A stretch of 64,000 bases of DNA, from assembly GCF_964218185.1 (NCBI RefSeq), contig NZ_CAXPLV010000012.1:9034-73033 (forward strand). Direction: 5' to 3'. The notes below the pieces were generated by a model that saw only the letters and a program-made list of their open reading frames with translations, made no database searches and was not told the DNA's origin. A program made the position numbers and the translations under genes. The DNA is from Ekhidna sp. Its GTDB lineage: Bacteria; Bacteroidota; Bacteroidia; Cytophagales; Cyclobacteriaceae. Below, piece by piece: positions 1 through 8,540 of the stretch (its first letter is position 1; each line of letters starts with the position of its first letter).

Positions 1-10
1 AGCAGATCAA

Positions 11-1390
11 ATGATCGTTGCTGATATTGATGGAGACGGACTTGATGATTTGATTATAATTGACAATGGAGATGTTTATGCTATGAAAGGCATTGAAGGA
101 GGGTTTGCCAATACTAATTATGAATTCCGATATCAGTACTTTGATGCCCTTCAAATAATTGCTGGTGATTTTGATGGGGACGATATTGATGATGTTTTAA
201 TGCTGAATGAAGAAGGGAGCAGCCTCATTACATATGGTAGAGAGGGGTTATTCGAGGGTGGTGAAGCAAATTATTCTTATGTCTTTGATTCAGAAAGTTT
301 CAATGTAACCGCTTCTGTAGGTGATATTGATGGAGATGGAATGCTGGATGTACTTGTTACCAATGAAGAAGGAACAAATATTTATATAAATGAAGGTGGA
401 GAGTTCTCTAATATTGGACTAATTAATGAGTCTACTTATACGGAAGGTACAAGTACTTCAGGATCTATTGAATCAAATGTGATTGCAACCAAACTTGGCG
501 ACCTGGATGGAGATGAGGACTTAGATTTAGCATCAATCATGTTAACGACTGAGGATAATCCGGAAGGGCCTCCTTCTTATAACATGGAGTTAATTACTTC
601 TTTGAATGATGGTGATGGAAACTTTGAAGAAGGCCAGCGCTTCATGGTAAATACTGCACCAGATTTGTTTAGTGGTTATTCTAAATATCTGTTGGATATG
701 GTTGACGTTGATAATGACGGTGATATGGATGTCATTATAAGCGGTAGTGATTATAGTTTTGATGAGGAAGCAGATTATCTGTCAGGATTGTTGGTGTTTA
801 AAAACCAAAATGCTGCACCAACTGGAATCGAGCTGTCAATCAGCGCTGTTGCTGAGGGAACGGCAATTGGATCTTCAGTAGGAGAACTGTCAGTAATTGA
901 CCCAAACATTAATGATACGCATGTTTTGTTCATGACAGCAGGTGATGGTACAAATGATGCCGACAACAGTAAGTTTGTGATTGATGGAAATCAACTCCTT
1001 GTCATTAAAGAGATTGACCTGGATGAAGGGGATGAGTTGAATATTCATGTAAAGGCAATTGATGAATATGGTGCATCAGTAACTGCACCATTCACTCTAA
1101 CTGTTAATGAAAAAGTCTTAGGGCTTGATGAGAATAATGATCAGCTTGTCCTTTATCCTAATCCTGGTGCTGACATGATGGATATATCAGTTAATCAACC
1201 AATGACAGGAGATGCTGAGATTAGAATTTCTGATTTAAATGGACGTGAAATCTACAGTGAACTTTACAAAGTTTCAGGAGAATCCTTAAACACAAAAGTA
1301 GACATGAGTAATCACAGACCAGGCATCTACATTGTTGAGATAACTGCTGGAGATCAGACCTTCAAGCAACGCTGGATTAAGAAAGATTAA
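11..1390 (+). CDS. FG-GAP repeat / cadherin-like T9SS type A sorting domain protein (5' partial)
   Basis: Repeated DxDGDGxxD FG-GAP motifs, a cadherin-like segment (NAAPTGIELS..VAEG..VGELSVIDP) and a C-terminal LYPNP...GIYIV...WIKKD CTD. The frame is open to the window edge, so the true start lies upstream. Confidence 0.85.
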   Translation: MIVADIDGDGLDDLIIIDNGDVYAMKGIEGGFANTNYEFRYQYFDALQIIAGDFDGDDIDDVLMLNEEGSSLITYGREGLFEGGEANYSYVFDSESFNVTASVGDIDGDGMLDVLVTNEEGTNIYINEGGEFSNIGLINESTYTEGTSTSGSIESNVIATKLGDLDGDEDLDLASIMLTTEDNPEGPPSYNMELITSLNDGDGNFEEGQRFMVNTAPDLFSGYSKYLLDMVDVDNDGDMDVIISGSDYSFDEEADYLSGLLVFKNQNAAPTGIELSISAVAEGTAIGSSVGELSVIDPNINDTHVLFMTAGDGTNDADNSKFVIDGNQLLVIKEIDLDEGDELNIHVKAIDEYGASVTAPFTLTVNEKVLGLDENNDQLVLYPNPGADMMDISVNQPMTGDAEIRISDLNGREIYSELYKVSGESLNTKVDMSNHRPGIYIVEITAGDQTFKQRWIKKD

Positions 1391-1409
1391 TTTAAATAGT
1401 ACTTAATTG

Positions 1410-1444
1410 AAAAGGGCGAGCTGAATCTCAGTTCGCCCTTTTTT
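1410..1444. terminator. Bidirectional intrinsic terminator
   Basis: aaaagggcgagctga-atc-tcagttcgcccttttt hairpin with A and T tracts on both sides, lying between convergent genes. Confidence 0.85.
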
Positions 1445-1445
1445 A

Positions 1446-3041
1446 TCACCCCTTCTTCATAAAACTCTGAAGCTTCATTTCAGCCTCCTGACTTGATAAG
1501 TAGGAAGGAGAAAGTGATGGTTGACCCGGTAGATTTTCGATGTGAAGTGTTTGAGTGGGGAATGCGAAATTCACTCCGAGTTCCTTACCCAGCCTCACAA
1601 TATCCATCAAAATTTCATGTCGGCATTTCAGCTCTTCTCCCCAGGTGGGCACATTAAAGAAAATGTAGAACATGATGTTGAGGGAGCTGGACGCCATCTC
1701 ATTAAAATACACATGGTAGTTATCCTTCCATGTATGCGGGTGCTTCTCCACGATCTCACGCAAACCCTTCACAAACACTTCGATCATCTCAGGAGGAGTG
1801 TCATACGTGATAGAGATTTGTGTGTTAAATCGCCTGTATTTTCTCAATCCATGATTGTCAATGGTATTGTCAGCAAGTTTGCTATTAGGAACATAGATCA
1901 GTGAATTTCTAAACGTCCTAATTCGCGAAGACCTGAACCCTACTTCCTCTACTGTTCCATCCACATCATTTGAAGTGATCCAGTCACCAACCTGAAATGG
2001 CTTATCTACAAAGATCATCACCGAACCAAAAAAGTTTTTTATGGTGTCCTGGGCAGCCAAAGCAAACGCCAGACCTCCAATAGACAGACCAGTAAGCAAT
2101 GGAAGGATGGGAACATCCAGGTTGTCCAGAATGAGCAAGGTTCCAATGATAATCACGAAGGTCTTTAGCGTCTTCCTGAGAAGTGGCACTAGCTGATCAT
2201 CGAGCGTGCTCTCTGTTTTTTGTGCTAGTCGAGCTAAAAAAATGCTTAGAATGTTTACAAAACGGTAAGTGATCACCGTGCCAAACAGCGGCAGCATTAC
2301 GTGCAAAATGATGTTCACATATTTAGAATATGTGATAGGCAGTTGAAGAGCCGGAGTAAACAAGATCAACAGCATCACAATGATGAATACACTCGTTGGT
2401 CTTGCCAGCTGCCATAGATACTTTTCTGATGCGTCACCGGAATATCCAATTCGCTTTACAATGCGGCTAAAGATTCGCTCGGTAATAAATGAAAAGATCT
2501 TATAAACAAGGGTACTAATTAGCGCAAGGATGAAAATAGCAATGTACTGGTAGGTATACAGACCAAATGTTTTTTTGGTACCTAGTTTGGGAAGAAGGTT
2601 GATGAGTTTTCCTGTCCCTAATCGAAATGTTTCTTTGTAGAGCACATCAATTTTATCGATGCTGCTATCAGAGAAATACCAGTTGTTGTTTTCTGCTTTT
2701 AGTAGAAATATGGAAGGATAATCATCGAGCAGTACGTACTTGTTTTTGTTGGTTGCCGAGTCCTGATAACTTTTTGTTTTGGGAATCTCATCCATATAGA
2801 TGAAAAGCCCCCTTCCGTCCAACACTCTTTTAAGTTTTGTTGCAGCATTTTTAGCAACCTCCATCGACCTCTCGGAAGGATTAAAAGGCAAGGCTGCAAG
2901 TGAGTCATTGTAATGGTCATCCTGAAGATTTGAAAGGAAAGTCTTGATTGAAGATTGAGGATTGGACAAATCCACAAAATTTTCTTGAGCGTTTAATTGC
3001 CCCGCTAGAATGAAAAAAAGAAGTACAGAAAACAATCTCAT
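1446..3041 (-). CDS. Mechanosensitive ion channel MscS family protein with exported N-terminal extension
   Basis: GLAFALAAQDTIKNFFGSVMIFVDKPFQVGDWI...GTVEEVGFRSSRIRTF signature and C-terminal FAFPTQTLH. Confidence 0.92.
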   Translation of the reverse strand: MRLFSVLLFFILAGQLNAQENFVDLSNPQSSIKTFLSNLQDDHYNDSLAALPFNPSERSMEVAKNAATKLKRVLDGRGLFIYMDEIPKTKSYQDSATNKNKYVLLDDYPSIFLLKAENNNWYFSDSSIDKIDVLYKETFRLGTGKLINLLPKLGTKKTFGLYTYQYIAIFILALISTLVYKIFSFITERIFSRIVKRIGYSGDASEKYLWQLARPTSVFIIVMLLILFTPALQLPITYSKYVNIILHVMLPLFGTVITYRFVNILSIFLARLAQKTESTLDDQLVPLLRKTLKTFVIIIGTLLILDNLDVPILPLLTGLSIGGLAFALAAQDTIKNFFGSVMIFVDKPFQVGDWITSNDVDGTVEEVGFRSSRIRTFRNSLIYVPNSKLADNTIDNHGLRKYRRFNTQISITYDTPPEMIEVFVKGLREIVEKHPHTWKDNYHVYFNEMASSSLNIMFYIFFNVPTWGEELKCRHEILMDIVRLGKELGVNFAFPTQTLHIENLPGQPSLSPSYLSSQEAEMKLQSFMKKG

Positions 3042-3059
3042 ATCTTATCGGTTTTGTCG

Positions 3060-3067
3060 CAAAAGTA
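3060..3067 (-). promoter_or_regulatory. Bacteroidota -7 promoter box for the mscS gene
   Basis: Minus strand reads TACTTTTG, matching TAnnTTTG, 19 nt upstream of the ATG. Confidence 0.55.
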
Positions 3068-3082
3068 ATCTTCATAGACGAC

Positions 3083-3090
3083 TACCTTTG
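3083..3090 (+). promoter_or_regulatory. Bacteroidota -7 promoter box for the M3 peptidase gene
   Basis: TACCTTTG matches TAnnTTTG, about 30 nt upstream of the ATG. Confidence 0.55.
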
Positions 3091-3121
3091 CCGTCTGATA
3101 AACTAAAAACTGTACATCAAA

Positions 3122-5167
3122 ATGTCCAACCCTCTTTTAATTGACTTCAATACTCCATTCGAGCTGCCTCCATTTTCAAAAATATCTACCGAGCACTATG
3201 AGGAGGCCATCGATCAGGCTTTAGAGGAAGCCAAGGATGAGATTCAGAAAATTTTGGATAATACCGATGAACCGGATTTCACCAACGTGATTGAGGCATT
3301 GGAGCAAAGTGGGCAAAAATTGCAACGCAATACTTCGATCCTATTCAATCTAAACTCGGCAGAGACCAACGATCAAATTCAAAAAATTGCACAACAGGTT
3401 TCACCCAAGCTTTCGGCTTTCAGTAGTGAGGTAAAGCAGAACGAGGCACTATTTGCGAAGGTAAAAAAGGTATATAAAGAAAGAGAGTCACTAAATCTAA
3501 ATGCCGAGCAGGAGAAGCTGCTTTGGGAAACATATATCGACTTTGTCAGAAGAGGTGTAGAGCTGGAAGGTGACAAGAAAGAACGATTCAAAGAAATAAG
3601 TATTGAGCTGTCGAAGTTATCCCTAACCTATTCGGAAAATGTGCTTGCCGAGACTAATCAATTTGAGCTGGTCATTACTGACGAGAGTGACCTATCAGGT
3701 ATACCAGCCGATGTAAGAGAACGGGCAAAAGAGCTTGCAACAAAGAAAGGGAAAGCGGGTTCGTGGATATTCACTCTGCAAGCTCCCAGCTATATCCCTT
3801 TTATGGAATACGCAGACAATCGTGAGCTTCGGGAGAAAATGTACAGGGCATACATGTGTAAGTGTCTTAAAGGAGATAGGTATGATAATCAGGAAATCGT
3901 GCTTAAAACTATACGACTCAAAGCAGAGCTTGCTTCTCTTCTTGGCTATCCAACTTTTGCCCACTATGTGTTGGAGCAACGGATGGCTGAATCTCCAGAT
4001 AAGGTGATGACTTTCCTCAATGATCTTTTAGAGAAGAGTTTACCGAAAGCAAAAGAAGAAGTAGAGGAGATCAAAGAGTTCATTAAATCGAGAGGTGAGG
4101 ATATTGAGCTGCAGCGATGGGATTGGGCGTACTATTCTGAGAAACTGAGAAAGCAGAAGTATGAGTTGGATGATGAGTTAGTCAAACCTTATTTCAAGCT
4201 TGAGAATGTAATCGAAGGTGTTTTTGAAACGGCGGAACGACTGTACGATATCACGTTTAAGTCAAATAGCGACTTACCGGTTTATCACGAGGATGTTAAG
4301 GCTTATGAGGTATTGAATAAAGAAGGAGAGGTGATCTCAATTTTCCTTGCGGATTTTTTCCCAAGAGACGGGAAACGAGGAGGAGCATGGATGACATCCT
4401 TTCGAGATCAGGCTAAAAGAGATGGCGAACGAATCATACCTCAGGTAAGCATCGTTTGCAACTTTACTCCATCGTCTTCCAACCACCCGTCTTTGTTGAA
4501 ATTTGATGAAGTAACCACGCTCTTTCATGAATTTGGTCATGCCCTCCATGGCATGCTGGCGGATACTACTTACCAGAGTTTGTCCGGCACGAGTGTGTAT
4601 TGGGATTTTGTGGAACTACCATCTCAGATAATGGAGAACTGGTGCTATGAGAAAGAATGCCTCAATCTATTCGCAAGACATTATCAAACGGGAGAGTTGA
4701 TCCCGGAGGAGTTGATAACCCGAATCAAAGACGCCTCAACGTACCACGAAGCTTATGCTACGGTACGTCAGCTAAGCTTTGGCTTGCTGGATATGGCGTG
4801 GCATAGCCTTTCTCTCGAGGAAGCTTCAAAGATTAGCAGCGTTCCGGCTTTTGAGGATTCAGCTTTTGCGAAAACGGAATTATTCCCAAAAGTGGAGAAC
4901 ACCAATATGAGTGTTCAATTCAGTCACATTTTTGCAGGAGGATATGCTGCAGGATACTACAGCTATAAATGGGCTGAAGTATTGGACGCAGATGGATTTT
5001 CATTATTTCAGGAAAAAGGTGTTTTTGATAAAGAAACAGCCAATTCATTCAAAAATAATATCCTGAGTAGAGGAGGGACTGCCCACCCGATGGAGCTTTA
5101 CAAAAAGTTTAGAGGCAGTGAGCCTTCACCAGAGCCTTTATTAAGGAGAGCAGGATTGATAAAGTAG
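3122..5167 (+). CDS. dcp: M3 family metallopeptidase (peptidyl-dipeptidase Dcp-like)
   Basis: TLFHEFGHALH zinc motif, DFVELPSQIMENW and GYAAGYYSYKWAEVLDAD. Confidence 0.93.
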   Translation: MSNPLLIDFNTPFELPPFSKISTEHYEEAIDQALEEAKDEIQKILDNTDEPDFTNVIEALEQSGQKLQRNTSILFNLNSAETNDQIQKIAQQVSPKLSAFSSEVKQNEALFAKVKKVYKERESLNLNAEQEKLLWETYIDFVRRGVELEGDKKERFKEISIELSKLSLTYSENVLAETNQFELVITDESDLSGIPADVRERAKELATKKGKAGSWIFTLQAPSYIPFMEYADNRELREKMYRAYMCKCLKGDRYDNQEIVLKTIRLKAELASLLGYPTFAHYVLEQRMAESPDKVMTFLNDLLEKSLPKAKEEVEEIKEFIKSRGEDIELQRWDWAYYSEKLRKQKYELDDELVKPYFKLENVIEGVFETAERLYDITFKSNSDLPVYHEDVKAYEVLNKEGEVISIFLADFFPRDGKRGGAWMTSFRDQAKRDGERIIPQVSIVCNFTPSSSNHPSLLKFDEVTTLFHEFGHALHGMLADTTYQSLSGTSVYWDFVELPSQIMENWCYEKECLNLFARHYQTGELIPEELITRIKDASTYHEAYATVRQLSFGLLDMAWHSLSLEEASKISSVPAFEDSAFAKTELFPKVENTNMSVQFSHIFAGGYAAGYYSYKWAEVLDADGFSLFQEKGVFDKETANSFKNNILSRGGTAHPMELYKKFRGSEPSPEPLLRRAGLIK

Positions 5168-5168
5168 T

Positions 5169-6167
5169 CTACAGGTACTCGATTTTTGAATCGATGGACT
5201 TATTCATCCCATCAAGATCCTTTTTCAGGTCGGTGATGAGTTGATCAAGCGCACGCTTTAGTTTCTGTATTTCACTTTGTTTCTCTGGTCTTCCACCGAA
5301 AACACGATCTTTTTCGGAGGGGGAGAGCATGCTGTTAAAGTAGTTGACATCTGTGGCAAGCTTATTTAAAAGTTGTGCCACTTTAGGTAAAAGCGAGAGA
5401 ACCTTGTTTGGATCAACTGTAAGGTCAACCTCAGGTATGTTGTAAAGGATGGCGTTGATTTCAGAATCTTTCAGATCTATTTTCTCATCAGAGTCAGCTC
5501 TGAGGGTCTTAAGCAACCTACTCATGCACTTAAGGTTGCCGTTGGTATGCTGGTCGCGTGCATTGATCCGGGCGATATTGAGGAAAGGCAGGTATTTCTT
5601 TACCTTCTTCTTTGCGAAATCAAACTCGCAGATACCACGATAAATTTCATTTTTAGTTTTCACGTACTCAGCGCTATTGACCCACATCGAAGGAAGTATG
5701 TCAATTTCACAGGTTGGCTTAAGGGCGGTAATTCGAATCCTGGTTTTGTCGCTGTAATCGACAGACTTGAAAGTTGGATCCTTGGAGAGAACGTCAAGCA
5801 TGTCACTCGCAAGTGTCTGCATATCAAGGTGAGGCTTATTGGAAACCACCTTTTTTATGACAATGATCTCAACGTCACCGTAAAGTAGAATATTAGTAAA
5901 TGTCTTTAGTGCGCCCTGATAGCGATAATCAACGTCGTATCCCTTCTTTTTAAGGGTCTTGCTTATCACCTCATGAATACGACGAGAGTTTGCATATACC
6001 TTGTATGCATAAGATGGATCTATTTCCACCATGGACTCCAGAGTGTAGCGAATGCAATCCGAATAACCTGACTGATTAAAAGCATCAGAAAGTACAGGTT
6101 CGCGAAGTGCTTCGTCATACCTTCTTCCTTTCAGGTTTTCTACGAGTAGGCTGTAGTCGTGCTCCAT
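5169..6167 (-). CDS. cGAS/DncV-like nucleotidyltransferase (CD-NTase, CdnE-like), divergent active site
   Basis: Motif order Y..ESM.(E)I.PSY, YRYQGALKTFTNILLYGDVEIIVI (CD-NTase QGSx..TNI...DVD), EIDIL (third acidic residue), LPFLNIARIN.RD..TNGNLK.M.RLLK and INAILYNIP follows CdnE-type enzymes as I recall them. Confidence 0.78.
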   Translation of the reverse strand: MEHDYSLLVENLKGRRYDEALREPVLSDAFNQSGYSDCIRYTLESMVEIDPSYAYKVYANSRRIHEVISKTLKKKGYDVDYRYQGALKTFTNILLYGDVEIIVIKKVVSNKPHLDMQTLASDMLDVLSKDPTFKSVDYSDKTRIRITALKPTCEIDILPSMWVNSAEYVKTKNEIYRGICEFDFAKKKVKKYLPFLNIARINARDQHTNGNLKCMSRLLKTLRADSDEKIDLKDSEINAILYNIPEVDLTVDPNKVLSLLPKVAQLLNKLATDVNYFNSMLSPSEKDRVFGGRPEKQSEIQKLKRALDQLITDLKKDLDGMNKSIDSKIEYL

Positions 6168-6449
6168 TGGGGTGCCAAAATAATCAATTATATAGATATG
6201 AATTGTATTTTTAGAAGATTATCGTTCGAAATCTATTCTTGTTAGACTAAAATTGACGTGAAGTTTAGATACAATAAATGATCTTTTCTGATGTGTTTAA
6301 ATATGAAAAGGACCTTCTAAAATATTGATGTCGTATAAGTATATGCTCGAAGACGATTTTGAAGGAAACAAAGATTTTTACTTTTTTGTATAAAAAATCC
6401 GGGGAGGTAGATCGATTAAATTGAAAAAACTCGCTACAATTGCATTATT

Positions 6450-6545
6450 ATGATTCTTCTTACTGAGATTGTACGAACCACGCCCTCTCGCATCAGAGGG
6501 TAACCCCAAGGCTGGGTAATCTCACTATTCATTTTCTTTTTTAAA
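6450..6545 (+). promoter_or_regulatory. Putative structured leader / uORF attenuator upstream of the MATE gene
   Basis: uORF ATG6450-TAA6503 (MILLTEIVRTTPSRIRG). Outer stem tgagatt (6464-70) / aatctca (6518-24) encloses hairpins ccctct/agaggg and accc/gggt, followed by a T-rich tract. Confidence 0.45.
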
Positions 6546-6598
6546 ATTTCCTAAGCTGCACAACTGAAGCAGCTAATCACATTTAATTTCTTTTAGAA

Positions 6599-8005
6599 AT
6601 GACGAAAGAATCATTCTCTATATCAAGAGTTTTTAGACTCTTTGTTTCCGCCTTGAGAGGAGAGGAAACTGAATTTACCACTGGCAGTATCAATCGTGCC
6701 ATTGTTTTGCTTTCTATTCCCATGATTGCTGAGATGATCGGTGAATCACTTTTTGCAATTGTGGATATGATATTCGTTTCACGGATCAGTGTAAACGCTA
6801 TTGCTACCGTTGCTTTGACGGAAACACCGCTCATGATTATTTATTCGCTTGCGGTAGGTCTCAGCATGGCAGCTACAGCTATTGTGGCGCGTAGAGTTGG
6901 AGAAAAACGACTTGTACGTGCAGCGGATGCAGGCTTTCAGGCCATAGTTATTTCCATTGTTATCGGGATAGTTTTTGGAGTTACCGGGTTCGTTTTTGCC
7001 GATGATATTCTAGCCCTCATGGGAGGGGAGACTGGTTTAATTTCAGAGGGCGTAGGCTATACAAAAATCATGTATGCCGGAAACCTCAGTATCATTCTCA
7101 TCTTCTTGATCAATGGGATATTTAGGGGAGCAGGCAATGCTTCTATAGCAATGAAGTCGCTTTTGCTGGCCAACCTGCTGAATATGATCCTTGATCCAAT
7201 TTTCATATTTGGATTGGGTCCGATTCCTGCCATGGGCATTGAAGGAGCTGCAATTGCAACCACTACCGGACGATCGGTTGGGGTTATATACCAATTGGTT
7301 CACCTATTCAATGGGAGCTCGATTATCCGATTGACGATCAAAAACTTTGTCATTCGGATAAAGACGGTGATTGAAATTATCAAAATTGGCTCTGCAGGTA
7401 TAGGTCAGTTTCTTGTTGAAACATTGAGCTGGCTGTTTCTGGTAAGAATTGTAGCCGAGTTTGGAACGGAGGCTGTAGCGGGCTATCAGCTCGCATTCCG
7501 TGTGATCGTTTTCACATTATTACCTTCATGGGGGATGGCCAATGCGGCAGCTACGCTCGTAGGACAAAACCTTGGGGCTAAGCAACCTGACAGGGCGGAA
7601 ACTTCTGTTTGGCGTACAGCCAAATGGAATACGATCTTCTTGATTTGCGTAGCAATACTTTTCTCGATTTTCTCGCATGAGGTGCTGGCCATTTTTGATC
7701 AATCAGGGGTGGTTCTGAACACCGCAATCCAGGCATTGAGGATTATATGCTTTGGGTACATATTTTTCGCTTATGGGATGGTTATCGGTCAGGCATTTAA
7801 TGGCGCTGGGGATACCTATACACCACTGTGGATCAATATGGTCGTATTTTGGGCGATACAAATTCCTTTGGCCTATGTCTTGTCAATCATGTATGATTGG
7901 GGACCTAATGGAGTGTTTTTCTGTATCGCTTTTTGTCATAGCTTGTACGCTGTGATTGCTATTGTCCTTTTTAAAAGAGGAAAGTGGAAAACCATTGAAG
8001 TGTAG
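6599..8005 (+). CDS. MATE family efflux transporter
   Basis: Twelve-TM pattern; GIFRGAGNA, NMILDPIFIFGLGPIPAMGIEGAAIAT and ATLVGQNLGA motifs. Confidence 0.93.
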   Translation: MTKESFSISRVFRLFVSALRGEETEFTTGSINRAIVLLSIPMIAEMIGESLFAIVDMIFVSRISVNAIATVALTETPLMIIYSLAVGLSMAATAIVARRVGEKRLVRAADAGFQAIVISIVIGIVFGVTGFVFADDILALMGGETGLISEGVGYTKIMYAGNLSIILIFLINGIFRGAGNASIAMKSLLLANLLNMILDPIFIFGLGPIPAMGIEGAAIATTTGRSVGVIYQLVHLFNGSSIIRLTIKNFVIRIKTVIEIIKIGSAGIGQFLVETLSWLFLVRIVAEFGTEAVAGYQLAFRVIVFTLLPSWGMANAAATLVGQNLGAKQPDRAETSVWRTAKWNTIFLICVAILFSIFSHEVLAIFDQSGVVLNTAIQALRIICFGYIFFAYGMVIGQAFNGAGDTYTPLWINMVVFWAIQIPLAYVLSIMYDWGPNGVFFCIAFCHSLYAVIAIVLFKRGKWKTIEV

Positions 8006-8009
8006 GCAT

Positions 8010-8540
8010 ATGAGAAAAATCATTTACTATGTAGCTACTTCTTTGGATGGTTTCATTGCCGGTCGGGATAATGATGTCAGCTTGTTTGCCTCCGATGGAG
8101 AAATTGTGGATCAATACCTGTATGATCTTCAGTCTTTTGATACGGTAATCATGGGCAGAAATACCTACGAGTTTGGTTATCAATATGGCTTGAAACCGGG
8201 TGATCCTGCTTATCCGCATATGGAGCACTACATTTTTTCCAATAGCCTGTCATTCGATTCTCAAAGTGATCAGGTTACTGTGCTGCCCCGTGATATTGAG
8301 AAATTGAAAGCACTAAAGAGTGAGGTTGGAAGTGATATCTACCTGTGTGGGGGTGGCACATTTGCGGGATGGCTCCTGGAAAATGGAATGATCGATGAAG
8401 TGAAGCTGAAAGTCAACCCCATCATTTTGGGTGATGGGGTGAAGCTCTTTGGAGATCAAAGAGCTTCATGCAAGCTCAGGGTGATGTATAATCAAACCTT
8501 TGACGATGGTTTTCAGATAATCACCTATCAGGTGATTTAG
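8010..8540 (+). CDS. Dihydrofolate reductase family / RibD C-terminal domain protein
   Basis: YVATSLDGFIAG, VIMGRNTYE, IYLCGGG and PIILGDG motifs. Start moved to ATG 8010, just after the MATE stop. Confidence 0.88.
   Translation: MRKIIYYVATSLDGFIAGRDNDVSLFASDGEIVDQYLYDLQSFDTVIMGRNTYEFGYQYGLKPGDPAYPHMEHYIFSNSLSFDSQSDQVTVLPRDIEKLKALKSEVGSDIYLCGGGTFAGWLLENGMIDEVKLKVNPIILGDGVKLFGDQRASCKLRVMYNQTFDDGFQIITYQVI

Noticed and set aside
6463-6500. TPP riboswitch suggested by ctgaga...gaacc
   Set aside because: The other conserved TPP elements (GAACCUGAU, UAAU..GCG.AGGGA) are missing, and the downstream gene is unrelated to thiamine.
3122-8540. Complete CBASS operon around the CD-NTase
   Set aside because: The flanking genes are clearly an M3 peptidase, a MATE exporter and a DHFR-like protein. 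No effector or Cap2/Cap3/HORMA gene is present, and the 431-nt spacer has no sizeable ORF.
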